DNA of 64,000 nucleotides from NCBI RefSeq assembly GCF_054482525.1, contig NZ_CM137006.1; one strand, 5' to 3'. Shown piece by piece: positions 53,602 to 64,000 of this stretch (position 1 is its first letter; each line of letters starts with the position of its first letter). The notes under the pieces were generated by a model. It saw only the letters and a program-made list of their open reading frames with translations, ran no database searches and was not told where the DNA came from. The position numbers and the translations under genes were made by a program.

Positions 53602-55704
53602 ATGAAGATTTTTTCCGTCCGACAGACCGTTTTGCCCGCGCTGCTTGTCCTTTCCCCCACCGTTTTTGCCGCTGATGAACAGACCATGATTGTCAGTGCC
53701 GCGCCGCAGGTGGTTTCAGAACTGGATACCCCAGCAGCCGTTAGCGTGGTGGATGGCGAGGAGATGCGCCTAGCAACACCGCGCATTAACTTGTCCGAAT
53801 CACTGACCAGCGTGCCTGGTTTGCAGGTACAAAACCGGCAGAACTATGCGCAAGATTTACAGCTGTCGATTCGCGGATTTGGCTCCCGCTCCACTTACGG
53901 AATTCGCGGTATTCGCCTGTATGTTGACGGTATTCCCGCTACCATGCCCGACGGACAAGGGCAGACATCCAATATCGATTTAAGCAGTGTGCAAAATGTG
54001 GAAGTGCTGCGTGGCCCCTTCTCTGCCCTGTATGGCAACGCCTCCGGCGGGGTGATGAATGTCACTACGCAAACCGGACAGCAACCGCCAACCATTGAAG
54101 CCAGTAGTTACTACGGCAGTTTTGGCAGCTGGCGCTATGGGCTGAAAGCAACGGGCGCAACGGGCGACGGCACACAGCCTGGCGATGTCGATTACACCGT
54201 CTCAACCACGCGCTTTACGACCCACGGCTATCGTGACCATAGCGGCGCACAGAAAAATTTGGCCAATGCCAAACTGGGCGTACGCATTGATGAAGCCAGT
54301 AAATTAAACCTGATTTTCAATAGTGTGGATATCAAAGCAGATGACCCTGGTGGGCTAACCAAAGCAGAATGGAAGGCGAATCCACAACAAGCGCCTCGTG
54401 CAGAACAGTACGACACGCGAAAAACCATCAAGCAAACTCAGGCTGGGTTGCGCTATGAACGTAGCCTGAGCGCACAAGATGATATGAGTGTAATGATGTA
54501 TGCCGGAGAGCGAGAAACGACCCAGTACCAGTCAATACCCATGGCACCACAACTTAACCCGTCGCATGCGGGCGGCGTGATTACTCTGCAACGCCATTAT
54601 CAGGGGATAGACAGCCGCTGGACACACCGTGGCGAGCTGGGCGTTCCGCTCACGTTCACTACCGGCCTGAACTACGAAAACATGAGTGAAAATCGCAAAG
54701 GCTACAATAACTTCCGCCTGAATAGCGGCGTGCCGGAATACGGGCAAAAAGGTGAGTTGCGCCGCGACGAACGCAATCTGATGTGGAACGTCGATCCCTA
54801 TTTACAGACGCAGTGGCAGCTGAGCGAAAAACTGTCGCTGGATGCTGGCGTGCGCTACAGCTCCGTGTGGTTTGATTCCAACGACCATTACGTTACTCCG
54901 GGTAACGGCGATGACAGCGGTGATGCCAGTTATCACAAATGGCTACCTGCCGGTTCGTTAAAATATGCAATGACCGATGCCTGGAATATCTATCTGGCAG
55001 CCGGGCGAGGTTTTGAAACGCCGACGATTAATGAGCTGTCTTATCGTGCTGACGGTCAAAGCGGTATGAACTTTGGTTTAAAACCATCCACCAACGATAC
55101 AATTGAGATCGGCAGTAAAACGCGTATTGGTTATGGGCTGCTTAGTCTCGCATTGTTCCAGACCGACACCGATGATGAAATTGTTGTCGATAGCAGTAGC
55201 GGTGGGCGTACGACTTACAAAAATGCCGGAAAGACCCGTCGTCAAGGCGCTGAACTGGCATGGGATCAACGTTTCGCGGGAGATTTTCGCGTAAAAGCGT
55301 CCTGGACCTGGCTTGATGCGACCTATCGCAGCAATGTGTGCAATGAACAGGATTGTAACGGTAACCGGATGCCAGGAATCGCCCGTAATATGGGCTTTGC
55401 GTCGATAGGTTATGTACCGGAAGATGGCTGGTATGCAGGTACGGAAGCGCGTTATATGGGCGATATTATGGCAGATGATGAAAATACGGCCAAAGCGCCG
55501 TCTTATACTCTCGTCGGCTTATTCACCGGGTATAAATACAATTACCACAATTTAACTGTGGATTTATTTGGTCGTGTCGATAATTTATTCGATAAAGAAT
55601 ACGTTGGTTCTGTCATTGTCAATGAGTCAAACGGGCGATATTACGAACCTGCGCCCGGGCGAAATTATGGTGTGGGCATGAATATTGCGTGGCGATTTGA
55701 GTAA
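53602..55704 (+). CDS. yncD: TonB-dependent outer-membrane receptor
   Basis: 700 aa; signal peptide, plug and barrel, C-terminal ...AWRFE. Confidence 0.9.
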   Translation: MKIFSVRQTVLPALLVLSPTVFAADEQTMIVSAAPQVVSELDTPAAVSVVDGEEMRLATPRINLSESLTSVPGLQVQNRQNYAQDLQLSIRGFGSRSTYGIRGIRLYVDGIPATMPDGQGQTSNIDLSSVQNVEVLRGPFSALYGNASGGVMNVTTQTGQQPPTIEASSYYGSFGSWRYGLKATGATGDGTQPGDVDYTVSTTRFTTHGYRDHSGAQKNLANAKLGVRIDEASKLNLIFNSVDIKADDPGGLTKAEWKANPQQAPRAEQYDTRKTIKQTQAGLRYERSLSAQDDMSVMMYAGERETTQYQSIPMAPQLNPSHAGGVITLQRHYQGIDSRWTHRGELGVPLTFTTGLNYENMSENRKGYNNFRLNSGVPEYGQKGELRRDERNLMWNVDPYLQTQWQLSEKLSLDAGVRYSSVWFDSNDHYVTPGNGDDSGDASYHKWLPAGSLKYAMTDAWNIYLAAGRGFETPTINELSYRADGQSGMNFGLKPSTNDTIEIGSKTRIGYGLLSLALFQTDTDDEIVVDSSSGGRTTYKNAGKTRRQGAELAWDQRFAGDFRVKASWTWLDATYRSNVCNEQDCNGNRMPGIARNMGFASIGYVPEDGWYAGTEARYMGDIMADDENTAKAPSYTLVGLFTGYKYNYHNLTVDLFGRVDNLFDKEYVGSVIVNESNGRYYEPAPGRNYGVGMNIAWRFE

Positions 55705-55739
55705 TTACCTTGATGCCCGGTATTTGCCGGGCATTTACT

Positions 55740-56405
55740 TTAACGATTGTATTGCTGGTATAAAATAGCAATATTTTGTTGCATAATTTCAGCAAGACAA
55801 TGTCTGCATCCCTCTTTGTCTTTTGCTTTTAACGCGGCGAGTAATAGACGATAGTTTTCTATACGCTCCCGTAATTCCGCTGGATTAATCGCTTCATAGA
55901 GATAATGTAAACCAGGTCCCATCCTGACCCACAGTTGCTCAATCATCTCACACAGGATGGGCATATTTGAACGATGATAAATCGCTAAGCGAAATAGCCT
56001 GTTCGCATTAATGATTTGTTCCATGTCGCCCTTTTCTTGCGCCCGCTGTAATTTCTCGAGCAATTCCTCGAGTTCCGCCAGGTCTTGCGGGGTGAGGTTT
56101 TCAACAGCCAGAGTAACTGCCATTAATTCCAGCTCGTAGCGGATCCGATTGATTTCGTCTAATTGACGTTTCCCCACTTCCGGAACTGTAAATGCTTGCG
56201 CTGGTGCGACAGAAAGCGCATTCACCGAAACCAGACGTAATAATGCTTCACGCACAGGTGTAATACTCATACCTAATTGCTCCGCCAGATTTTTAGTAAT
56301 CAGGCGTGCGCCAGGTTTTAGTGCGCCAATACTAAGCTGATGTTTCAGGTCATTCTCAACCTGCAGAGTCAAACTGACATGTTTCATTTTTTCCGTTCCA
56401 GGCAT
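55740..56405 (-). CDS. mcbR: GntR/FadR-family transcriptional regulator
   Basis: ORF 55740..56462; internal ATG gives 221 aa MPGTEKMKHVSLTLQVEND... Confidence 0.8.
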   Translation of the reverse strand: MPGTEKMKHVSLTLQVENDLKHQLSIGALKPGARLITKNLAEQLGMSITPVREALLRLVSVNALSVAPAQAFTVPEVGKRQLDEINRIRYELELMAVTLAVENLTPQDLAELEELLEKLQRAQEKGDMEQIINANRLFRLAIYHRSNMPILCEMIEQLWVRMGPGLHYLYEAINPAELRERIENYRLLLAALKAKDKEGCRHCLAEIMQQNIAILYQQYNR

Positions 56406-56603
56406 TTTAATTCCTTCGCGTGTTTTCTGTCCAACCCTGCCTGCATGGCAGAAGGAGTTCACCTGGGGTATTAAAGTGAATAATCATAAACCACTCACCT
56501 TTATTGTTATTAGCAGCAGAACAATGACGTGGTTAGTTAATTAAAGCTGAAAATAAGCTTTTTGCCTGGATTTTTATGGCGGCTTTACGCCGCCGTCGTA
56601 TCT

Positions 56604-57641
56604 TTAATCATCACCCGCCACGCGGATCACCACTTTGCCGAAGTTTTTACCCTTCAGCAGGCCGATAAACGTCTGTGGCGCATTCTCTAAACCGTCAGTA
56701 ATTTCTTCGCGGTAGTGGATTTTATCCTCTTTCACCCATTGCCCCATCTCCTTCTGAAACTCATGGATGCGGTGACCATAATCCTGAGCGATAATAAATC
56801 CTTGCAGGCGAATACGTTTTTTCAGCACCGTAGCCATCAACAGAGGTAATCGATCCGGGCCGGGTGGTAGCTCTGTAGCGTTATAGCTGCTCACTAAGCC
56901 GCAGACGGGAATGCGCGCAGATGTATTAAGTAACGGTAGCACCGCATCAAATACTTTACCGCCCACGTTTTCATAATAGATATCAACGCCTTTTGGGCAC
57001 GCTTTCGCCAGTTGTTCGGCAAAATCATCCGCGTGATGGTCAAGACAAACATCGAAGCCCAGCACCTCAGTAGCATGGCGGCATTTTTCCACGCCACCGG
57101 CCACCCCAACCACTCTACAACCTTTAAGTTTGCCGATTTGCCCCACCGTCGCCCCTACTGGTCCTGTCGCCGCAGCTACCACCAGCGTTTCGCCCTCTTT
57201 AGGCTGACCGATATCCAGTAGGCCCATATAAGCAGTAAAGCCTGGCATCCCCAGCACACCCAGCGACCACGATGGATTTTGCGGATGATCGCCAAGTTTC
57301 ACCAAATCATCACCACTGGATATGTCATAGTCCTGCCATCCACTGTAGCCCAGCACCCAGTCGCCAGGCTGATAATCAGGATGATTCGACTCCACGACAC
57401 GGCTCACCGTGCCGCCGACCATAACGCCGCCAATATCAACAGGCGGTGAATAAGATGGTTCATCGCTCATACGTCCACGCATATACGGGTCCAGGGACAA
57501 ATAAACTGTGCGCAGTAACACCTGTCCTTCACCCGGTGTGGCGACATCATCTTCTTCAAGACGGAAATTCTCCGGAACCGGCGCGCCATGCGGACGCGAG
57601 GCCAGAACCCAACGGCGGTTACGCTGCTTTTGTTGCCCCAT
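56604..57641 (-). CDS. curA: NADPH-dependent curcumin/dihydrocurcumin reductase (MDR family)
   Basis: ORF 56604..57734; internal ATG gives 345 aa MGQQKQRNRRWVLASRPHG... Confidence 0.85.
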   Translation of the reverse strand: MGQQKQRNRRWVLASRPHGAPVPENFRLEEDDVATPGEGQVLLRTVYLSLDPYMRGRMSDEPSYSPPVDIGGVMVGGTVSRVVESNHPDYQPGDWVLGYSGWQDYDISSGDDLVKLGDHPQNPSWSLGVLGMPGFTAYMGLLDIGQPKEGETLVVAAATGPVGATVGQIGKLKGCRVVGVAGGVEKCRHATEVLGFDVCLDHHADDFAEQLAKACPKGVDIYYENVGGKVFDAVLPLLNTSARIPVCGLVSSYNATELPPGPDRLPLLMATVLKKRIRLQGFIIAQDYGHRIHEFQKEMGQWVKEDKIHYREEITDGLENAPQTFIGLLKGKNFGKVVIRVAGDD

Positions 57642-57821
57642 AATGCTCTCCTGTGCTTTTGGCATGAATCCATCAATAGTAGCAGGCTCGCAGGAATGGT
57701 TTTGTTTGCAGCCGTCACATCCCCTCTGCAACACGCAATAATTTCATCGAGGAATCCGTTGCTTCGGGCTGTTTTCGATAGTATTGATAACGTCATCATC
57801 ATTATTTAATCGAGGCCAAAC

Positions 57822-58340
57822 ATGTCCATCCGTTTTGCCCGCAAAGCCGACTGTGCTGCCATTGCGGAAATTTATAACCACGCCGTGTTGTATACGGCGG
57901 CTATCTGGAATGACCAAACGGTGGATGCAGATAACCGCATTGCCTGGTTTGAAGCGCGGACCATAGCAGGTTATCCGGTGCTGGTGAGCGAAGAAGATGG
58001 CGTAGTGACGGGATATGCCTCGTTTGGCGACTGGCGTAGTTTCGATGGTTTTCGCCATACCGTGGAACATTCGGTTTATGTCCATCCCGATCATCAGGGC
58101 AAAGGTCTGGGGCGTAAATTGTTAAGCCGATTGATTGATGAAGCGCGGGATTGCGGGAAGCATGTCATGGTCGCCGGGATCGAATCGCAAAACCAGGCCT
58201 CGCTGCATCTCCACCAGACGCTGGGATTTGTCGTCACCGCACAAATGCCGCAGGTAGGCACTAAATTTGGTCGTTGGCTGGATCTGACATTTATGCAGTT
58301 GCAACTCGACGAGCGCACTGAACCGGACGCGATTGGATGA
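57822..58340 (+). CDS. mnaT: GNAT-family L-amino acid N-acyltransferase
   Basis: 172 aa GNAT translation (HPDHQGKGLGRKLL). Confidence 0.85.
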   Translation: MSIRFARKADCAAIAEIYNHAVLYTAAIWNDQTVDADNRIAWFEARTIAGYPVLVSEEDGVVTGYASFGDWRSFDGFRHTVEHSVYVHPDHQGKGLGRKLLSRLIDEARDCGKHVMVAGIESQNQASLHLHQTLGFVVTAQMPQVGTKFGRWLDLTFMQLQLDERTEPDAIG

Positions 58341-58786
58341 ATCAGTCGCTCACCCTTGCTTTTTTGATTGCCGCCGGAATTGGTCTGGTAGTCCAGAACA
58401 CGCTGATGGTGCGCATCACCCAGACCTCCTCTACCATTCTCATCGCCATGTTGCTGAACTCACTGGTGGGGATTGTGCTCTTTGTTTCTATTTTATGGTT
58501 TAAACAAGGTATGGCGGGGTTTGGCGAACTGGTGTCCAACGTGCGCTGGTGGACACTTATACCTGGCTTGCTGGGATCGTTTTTTGTCTTCGCCAGTATC
58601 AGCGGATATCAGAATGTGGGAGCGGCGACAACTATTGCGGTACTGGTCGCCAGCCAGCTGATTGGCGGTCTGGTGCTGGATATCTTCCGCAGCCATGGCG
58701 TACCACTACGGGCGTTGATCGGCCCAATTTGTGGCGCAATTTTACTTGTGGTTGGTGCCTGGCTGGTGGCCAGGCGCACATTTTAA
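58337..58786 (+). CDS. ydcZ: DMT-superfamily small membrane protein
   Basis: 149 aa, 4-5 TM helices; 4 nt overlap with mnaT. Confidence 0.8.
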   Translation: MNQSLTLAFLIAAGIGLVVQNTLMVRITQTSSTILIAMLLNSLVGIVLFVSILWFKQGMAGFGELVSNVRWWTLIPGLLGSFFVFASISGYQNVGAATTIAVLVASQLIGGLVLDIFRSHGVPLRALIGPICGAILLVVGAWLVARRTF

Positions 58787-59020
58787 TCAGAGGATGGTGC
58801 CACCTTTGGTTAACTGTTCGTGGCGCGCTTCCATATCTTCTTTATGTTTGCGACCGTGATGGGCGATCGCTGTGCGCAGACGCTGCTGCTGGGTATAGCG
58901 ATCTTCCCGACTTAACTCCGCATCATCGCTCAGGGCGATTAATAATTCGTTCATATGGGCAATGACGCTCTCTTCAATCGCGGCATCCACGCGCGCGATG
59001 ACTTCATCCAGATGCGACAT
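58787..59020 (-). CDS. ydcY: small conserved protein
   Basis: 77 aa ORF in conserved position. Confidence 0.65.
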   Translation of the reverse strand: MSHLDEVIARVDAAIEESVIAHMNELLIALSDDAELSREDRYTQQQRLRTAIAHHGRKHKEDMEARHEQLTKGGTIL

Positions 59021-59105
59021 ACTTTCTCCTTAGCCACTTGTGAAATTTATCGATTCATCCAAATGATATAAGTCTGCGTGGTGTCGTCAAGCCAGTAAGT
59101 AAGAT

Positions 59106-59279
59106 TTAAAACAGTGAAAACAACAGCGCCACCGGGAAACTCATCGGCCATGTTGCCCCCACCAGAAAGGCGCTTAAGAAACGGATGCGTTTCTTATCGT
59201 GAGAAAGAAACCAGGTGATAAGAAATGCGATTGCTGCCATAACCGCATAAAAAACAAGCATGTGTTGATAGAGAGACAT
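59106..59279 (-). CDS. ortT: small membrane toxin-like protein
   Basis: internal ATG of ORF 59106..59354 gives 57 aa MSLYQHMLVFYAVMAAIAFLITWFLSHDKKRIRFLSAFLVGATWPMSFPVALLFSLF. Confidence 0.7.
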   Translation of the reverse strand: MSLYQHMLVFYAVMAAIAFLITWFLSHDKKRIRFLSAFLVGATWPMSFPVALLFSLF

Positions 59280-59473
59280 GTACGGGCGTCCAGCCAGATG
59301 AATAAAACGCGCGCAAATATGCGTCATTTTTTGACGTGCATCAAGTTTTTTCACCAGTTTGAGAAAAAATCATCAAACAGCAACTTGCCCTTATCCATCT
59401 TCAGAATGAGTATTATTGCGGATTTTCTTAACCCGTACTATACACATAGGGGCAATGATAAAAGGTGGCAAAA

Positions 59474-59569
59474 ATGAATGTTTCCAGTAGAACTGTAGTA
59501 CTGATAAATGTCTTTGCTGCTGTTGGTTTGTTTACTCTTATCTCTATGAGATTTGGCTGGTTTATTTGA
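59474..59569 (+). CDS. yncL: small membrane protein (31 aa)
   Basis: hand-found ORF MNVSSRTVVLINVFAAVGLFTLISMRFGWFI with AAAGGTGG RBS; single TM helix. Confidence 0.6.
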   Translation: MNVSSRTVVLINVFAAVGLFTLISMRFGWFI

Positions 59570-59590
59570 TGTAGTGATTTTGCACGCAGC

Positions 59591-59625
59591 ACGTACTGTC
59601 AGAGAAATCAGTGCTCTGACAGTAC
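59591..59625. terminator. bidirectional hairpin between yncL and patD
   Basis: perfect 13 bp stem CGTACTGTCAGAG / CTCTGACAGTACG with 9 nt loop. Confidence 0.6.
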
Positions 59626-59665
59626 GCAAGATCATCTCATACTCTTACGATCTGCAATATTATCC

Positions 59666-61090
59666 TTAATGTTTAACCATGACGTGGCGGACGACGGTGT
59701 AATCCTCCAGCCCATAAAGTGACATATCCTTGCCGTAACCAGAAAGTTTCTGCCCACCGTGCGGCATTTCACTTACCAGCATGAAATGGGTATTGACCCA
59801 GGTACAACCATATTGCAGCCGCGCGCTGACGCGATGCGCCCTGCCCACATCTTTCGTCCATACCGAGGATGCAAGTCCGTACTGGCTGTCATTTGCCCAG
59901 TTTACCACCTGTTCTTCATTGTCGAAGAGCGTAACACTCACTACCGGACCAAATACCTCTTTTTGCACGATGGCATCGTCCTGTAATGCGCCAGCCAGTA
60001 GCGTCGGCGCATAGTAATAGCCATTACCCTTGAGCTTTTCACCGCCAGTGATCACTTTGATGTGCCCTGTCGCTTTCGCCTCTTCTACTGCCTTGCTGAC
60101 GCGTTCGAGATGCGCCAGCGAGCTTAAAGGTCCAAGCTCCGTAGACTCGTCATCCGGCGCACCAGATTTTAACGTTGCCACCGCAGCACCCAGTTTTTCC
60201 ACCAGCGTATCGTAAATGCCTTTTTGCGCGTAGATCCGACAAGCCGCAGTACAATCCTGTCCGGCATTGTAATAGCCAAATGTACGTACACCTTCGACCA
60301 CTGCTTCAATATCCGCATCATCAAAAACAATCACTGGCGCTTTGCCACCAAGTTCCATATGAGTACGCTTAATGGAGGGCGCGGTATGGCTGATGATGTG
60401 CTCGCCGGTGGCGATAGAGCCCGTCAGCGACACCATCCGCACTTTGGGATGACCGGTCAGCGGATCGCCCACCGTTTTGCCTCTGCCAAACAGTACGTTA
60501 ATCACGCCTGCCGGGAAGATATCTTTCGCCAGCTCTGCTAACTTCAACGCGGTCAGCGGGGTAATTTCTGATGGTTTAAGCACTACACAGTTCCCTGCCG
60601 CCAGCGCCGGAGCCAGTTTCCACGCGGCCATCATCAGCGGATAATTCCACGGTGCGATCGAAGCCACGACCCCCAACGGATCGCGACGGATCATCGAAGT
60701 ATGACCTTCAAGATATTCACCTGCCGCCAGACCATTCATACAGCGCGCCGCACCAGCGAAAAAGCGAAAAACATCGACAATCGCCGGGATTTCATCATTG
60801 AACGCACTATGCAGCGGTTTGCCACAATTACGGGACTCCAGTTCGGCAAAAACCTGACCATTTTCTTCGATAACATCAGCCAGTTTCAGCAGACATTCCG
60901 CACGCACTTTCGGCGTGGTTTGCCCCCATTCGGCAAATGCTGCATCTGCCGCGCGCACAGCAGCATCGACCTGCTCTGCGGATGCCTCGGCAATCTCCAG
61001 TAAAACGTCCCCCGTTGCCGGATTATAGACAGGCTGTTTTTCCCCTTCGCCGCTAACCAGTTCTCCGTTAATCAGTAACTTATGTTGCAT
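59666..61090 (-). CDS. patD: gamma-aminobutyraldehyde dehydrogenase (aldehyde dehydrogenase family)
   Basis: 474 aa ALDH fold with catalytic Cys region (GQDCTAACR) and Glu motif (ELGGKAP). Confidence 0.9.
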   Translation of the reverse strand: MQHKLLINGELVSGEGEKQPVYNPATGDVLLEIAEASAEQVDAAVRAADAAFAEWGQTTPKVRAECLLKLADVIEENGQVFAELESRNCGKPLHSAFNDEIPAIVDVFRFFAGAARCMNGLAAGEYLEGHTSMIRRDPLGVVASIAPWNYPLMMAAWKLAPALAAGNCVVLKPSEITPLTALKLAELAKDIFPAGVINVLFGRGKTVGDPLTGHPKVRMVSLTGSIATGEHIISHTAPSIKRTHMELGGKAPVIVFDDADIEAVVEGVRTFGYYNAGQDCTAACRIYAQKGIYDTLVEKLGAAVATLKSGAPDDESTELGPLSSLAHLERVSKAVEEAKATGHIKVITGGEKLKGNGYYYAPTLLAGALQDDAIVQKEVFGPVVSVTLFDNEEQVVNWANDSQYGLASSVWTKDVGRAHRVSARLQYGCTWVNTHFMLVSEMPHGGQKLSGYGKDMSLYGLEDYTVVRHVMVKH

Positions 61091-61111
61091 AGCATATTCC
61101 TGTATCAGTGG

Positions 61112-61906
61112 TTATTGACCATTGTCGCCTTCGCGGGTTAGCCACCAGGCTCCCAGGATCGGCAAGGTTGTTACCAACATAACCAGCAGTGCCACCACGT
61201 TAGTTACCGGTACATCACGCGGTCGCCCAAGCTGATTGAGCAACCACAACGGTAACGTTCGTTCATGACCTGCCGTAAAGGTCGTCACGATGATTTCATC
61301 GAACGACAAGGCAAACGCCAGCATTCCTCCTGCCAGTAGCGCCGAACTGAGATTCGGCAACACTACGTAGCGGAAGGTTTGCCAGCCATTGGCCCCAAGA
61401 TCCATTGACGCCTCAACCAGACTCCACGAGGTGCGGCGAAAACGGGCGATGACATTGTTAAACACCACCACTACGCAAAAAGTCGCATGGCCGACCACGA
61501 TGGTGAAAAATCCCGGCTCCAGATTGATGGTTTTAAAGGCGGTTAATAGCGCCAGACCAGTGACAATGCCCGGCAGCGCAATGGGCAGCAGCAGTAACAG
61601 CGAAATGGCATTTTTGCCGAAAAAGTCTCGTCGCCACAGCGCAGCTGCTGCCAGCGTCCCTAACACCAGCGCGATTAATGTCGCCAGCGCTGCCACTTTA
61701 AGTGACAGTGTCACTGCATCAAGAATATCACTACGCTGTGCTGCCACGCTAAACCAGCGCAGCGTCAGGCCTTGCGGTGGAAAACTAAACGCCGCATCTT
61801 CAGTGTTAAACGCATAGGCGGCGATTATCAGGATGGGAAAATGTAGGAAAACAACGCCGCCCCAGGCCGCCAGTTTGAGGAAAAACGGTGCGCGTTCAGA
61901 GTGCAT
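61112..61906 (-). CDS. ydcV: ABC transporter permease (polyamine-type)
   Basis: 264 aa membrane protein. Confidence 0.85.
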
Positions 61907-62837
61907 CGAACGCTCCCAGACGTTTCACGAACGCCAGGTACAGTGCGATAAGAACAATCGGCACCAGGGTGAATGCCGCCGCCATCGGCATATTGCCAAT
62001 CGCCCCCTGCTGGGAATAAACCATATTGCCGATAAAATATCCTGGCGGGCCAACCAGCTGCGGGACGATAAAATCGCCCAGTGTGAGTGAGAAGGTAAAG
62101 ATAGAGCCAGCGGCAATACCCGGGATCGCCAGCGGCAGCACCACATAGCGAAAGGTTTGTCGTGGACGTGCGCCGAGATCAGCTGACGCCTGCAACAATG
62201 ACGGCGGCAAACGCTCAAGCGCCGCCTGCACGGGCAGGATCATGAACGGCAGCCAGATATAGAGAAACACCAGAAAGCGCCCCAGCCCGGAAGTTGACAG
62301 CGTATTGCCGCCCACCGCAGGTAATGTAAGGAACGCAGTCAGCAGTGGTTCCAGCCCAAGATGTTGTAAAAACCACTGAGCCACGCCATCTTTTGCCAGC
62401 AATAACGTCCAGGCATAGGCTTTAACAATGTAGCTCGCCCACATCGGCAACATTACTGCAATATAAAAAAACGCTTTCATTTTCCCGCTGGTATAGCGCG
62501 CCATATACCACGCCATTGGAAAAGCCAGAATGGCGCTGGCGATAGTGACTGCCACAGCCATAGTCAGCGTGCGGAGAATGATGTCGTAATTCGCCGGATT
62601 AAACAGCGCACGGATATTCGCCAGCGTCAGTTCCGGCGTTACCGACATGGTGAAATCGTCAAAGGTATAAAATCCCTGCCATAACAGTGTCAGCAGCGAG
62701 CCGAAATAGACAATGCCAAACCACATTAGCGGGCCAAGCAGCAGTAAAAACAGCCCCAGCCCCGGATTACGCCAGAAGAAACCGGACACCTTACCCAGAC
62801 CTGGACGTGAAGGTGATTGCAATACATTCATCGCCAT
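61896..62837 (-). CDS. ydcU: ABC transporter permease (polyamine-type)
   Basis: 313 aa membrane protein; overlaps ydcV start. Confidence 0.85.
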
Positions 62838-63851
62838 TCACCTCTCCTCAACCAGCGGCACCATCACATCACGCGACCAGGAAACCATCACCTGTTGTCC
62901 GGGCGTGAGCGTGGCAGGCAGTTCTTCGCCTGTCATATTGGCCTGACTCACAAGCAGTTTTTCACCGCCGTTCAATTTCAGTTCAAAACGAGTTGCCGCG
63001 CCCTGATATTGCACCGCCTGGATCGTGCCATTGGCCTGCAGTTCACCAGGGGTGTTGAGGCGGATATGTTCCGGTCGCAGGGCGAAGCTTCCCGTCATGC
63101 CACAAAGTTTCTCTGCCATCAGTCCATCAAAAACATTCGATGTACCAACGAACCCGGCAACAAACGGCGTGCGCGGGCGCATATAGAGATCACGCGGGGA
63201 ATCGACCTGCTCAATGCGTCCATTATTGAAAACCGCCACACGATCGGACATCGATAACGCTTCGCCCTGATCGTGGGTAACGAAGATAAAAGTGATACCG
63301 AGAGACTGTTGCAGCTTTTTCAGTTCCAGTTGCATCTGCTCACGCAATTTGAGATCCAGTGCGCCGAGCGGTTCATCCAGCAATAACACACGCGGTTCGT
63401 TCACCAGTGCTCTGGCGATGGCGACTCGCTGGCGCTGACCACCAGAAAGTTGTGACGGTTTGCGTTGCTGTACAAACCCCAACGCCACTTTCTCCAGCGC
63501 CTCTTGCGCCATTGCGTGCCGCTGCTTTTTATTCACGCCTTTGACCATCAGCCCATAGGCGACATTGTCAAGAATCGACATATGCGGAAATAGTGCGTAG
63601 TCCTGGAAGACAGTATTCACGTCCCGCTCCCACGGTGGCAGATTGCTGGCGGGTTTACCAAAGATAGAGATAGCCCCGCCGGAAAGCTGTTCGAAGCCAG
63701 CAATCAGGCGCAGGCAGGTGGTTTTGCCGGAGCCGGACGGCCCCAGCATAGAGAAGAACTCACCATCTTTTATCGCAATACTGACGCCATCTACTGCGCG
63801 CACGTCACCGTACAACCGCGAGACGTTGTCAAACTCCACTGCGTACGTCAT
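62838..63851 (-). CDS. ydcT: ABC transporter ATP-binding protein (PotA-like)
   Basis: 337 aa; Walker A GPSGSGKTT, signature LSGGQRQR. Confidence 0.85.
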   Translation of the reverse strand: MTYAVEFDNVSRLYGDVRAVDGVSIAIKDGEFFSMLGPSGSGKTTCLRLIAGFEQLSGGAISIFGKPASNLPPWERDVNTVFQDYALFPHMSILDNVAYGLMVKGVNKKQRHAMAQEALEKVALGFVQQRKPSQLSGGQRQRVAIARALVNEPRVLLLDEPLGALDLKLREQMQLELKKLQQSLGITFIFVTHDQGEALSMSDRVAVFNNGRIEQVDSPRDLYMRPRTPFVAGFVGTSNVFDGLMAEKLCGMTGSFALRPEHIRLNTPGELQANGTIQAVQYQGAATRFELKLNGGEKLLVSQANMTGEELPATLTPGQQVMVSWSRDVMVPLVEER

Positions 63852-63868
63852 AAAACACCCCAGCGAAG

Positions 63869-64000
63869 TTAGCGACCGCCCATAATGGCAATGTAATCCT
63901 GCGTCCAGCGACTGTAGGGAACAAACTTGCCCCCTTCTGCTATAGGTGTTTTCCAGAAGGCGATTTTATCGAAATAGTTAAAACCGTTTGTTTCACACCC
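63869..64000 (-). CDS. ydcS: periplasmic solute-binding protein, 3' end only (5' part outside window)
   Basis: hand translation of minus strand ends ...WKTPIAEGGKFVPYSRWTQDYIAIMGGR*; no start within window. Confidence 0.7.
   Translation of the reverse strand, partial: GCETNGFNYFDKIAFWKTPIAEGGKFVPYSRWTQDYIAIMGGR

Overview
Enterobacterial (Escherichia coli-like) chromosomal segment: a conserved backbone interrupted by at least three accessory or decaying regions. Gene identities come from reading the supplied ORF translations and from remembered E. coli K-12 synteny; no database search was run. Backbone, in order: dosP 3' end, ddpXABCDF, osmC, bdm-sra, maeA, adhP, yddM, fdnGHI (convergent; fdnG with in-frame UGA selenocysteine), yddG, narU-narZYWV, yddE, nhoA, yddH, ansP, yncE, yncD, mcbR, curA, mnaT, ydcZ, ydcY, ortT, yncL, patD, ydcVUT and the 3' end of ydcS. 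Accessory content: (1) a LysR-controlled 3-hydroxybutyrate/acetoacetate catabolic operon between ddpF and osmC (7573-14339); (2) an intact OmpC-family porin followed by two tandem, very AT-rich leucine-rich-repeat genes with IpaH/YopM-type N-termini and no signal peptide (25046-28891), the best candidate here for an uncharacterised system; (3) an orphan type VI module, vgrG (broken by one in-frame stop) - PAAR-Rhs with an unassigned C-terminal toxin tip - small immunity ORF - ISAs1-family transposase (40638-48820), flanked by an ORF-free AT-rich 1.1 kb tract and a frameshifted GST-like pseudogene. No rRNA, tRNA, CRISPR array or prophage was seen. Hand-counted coordinates of small motifs may be off by 1-2 nt.
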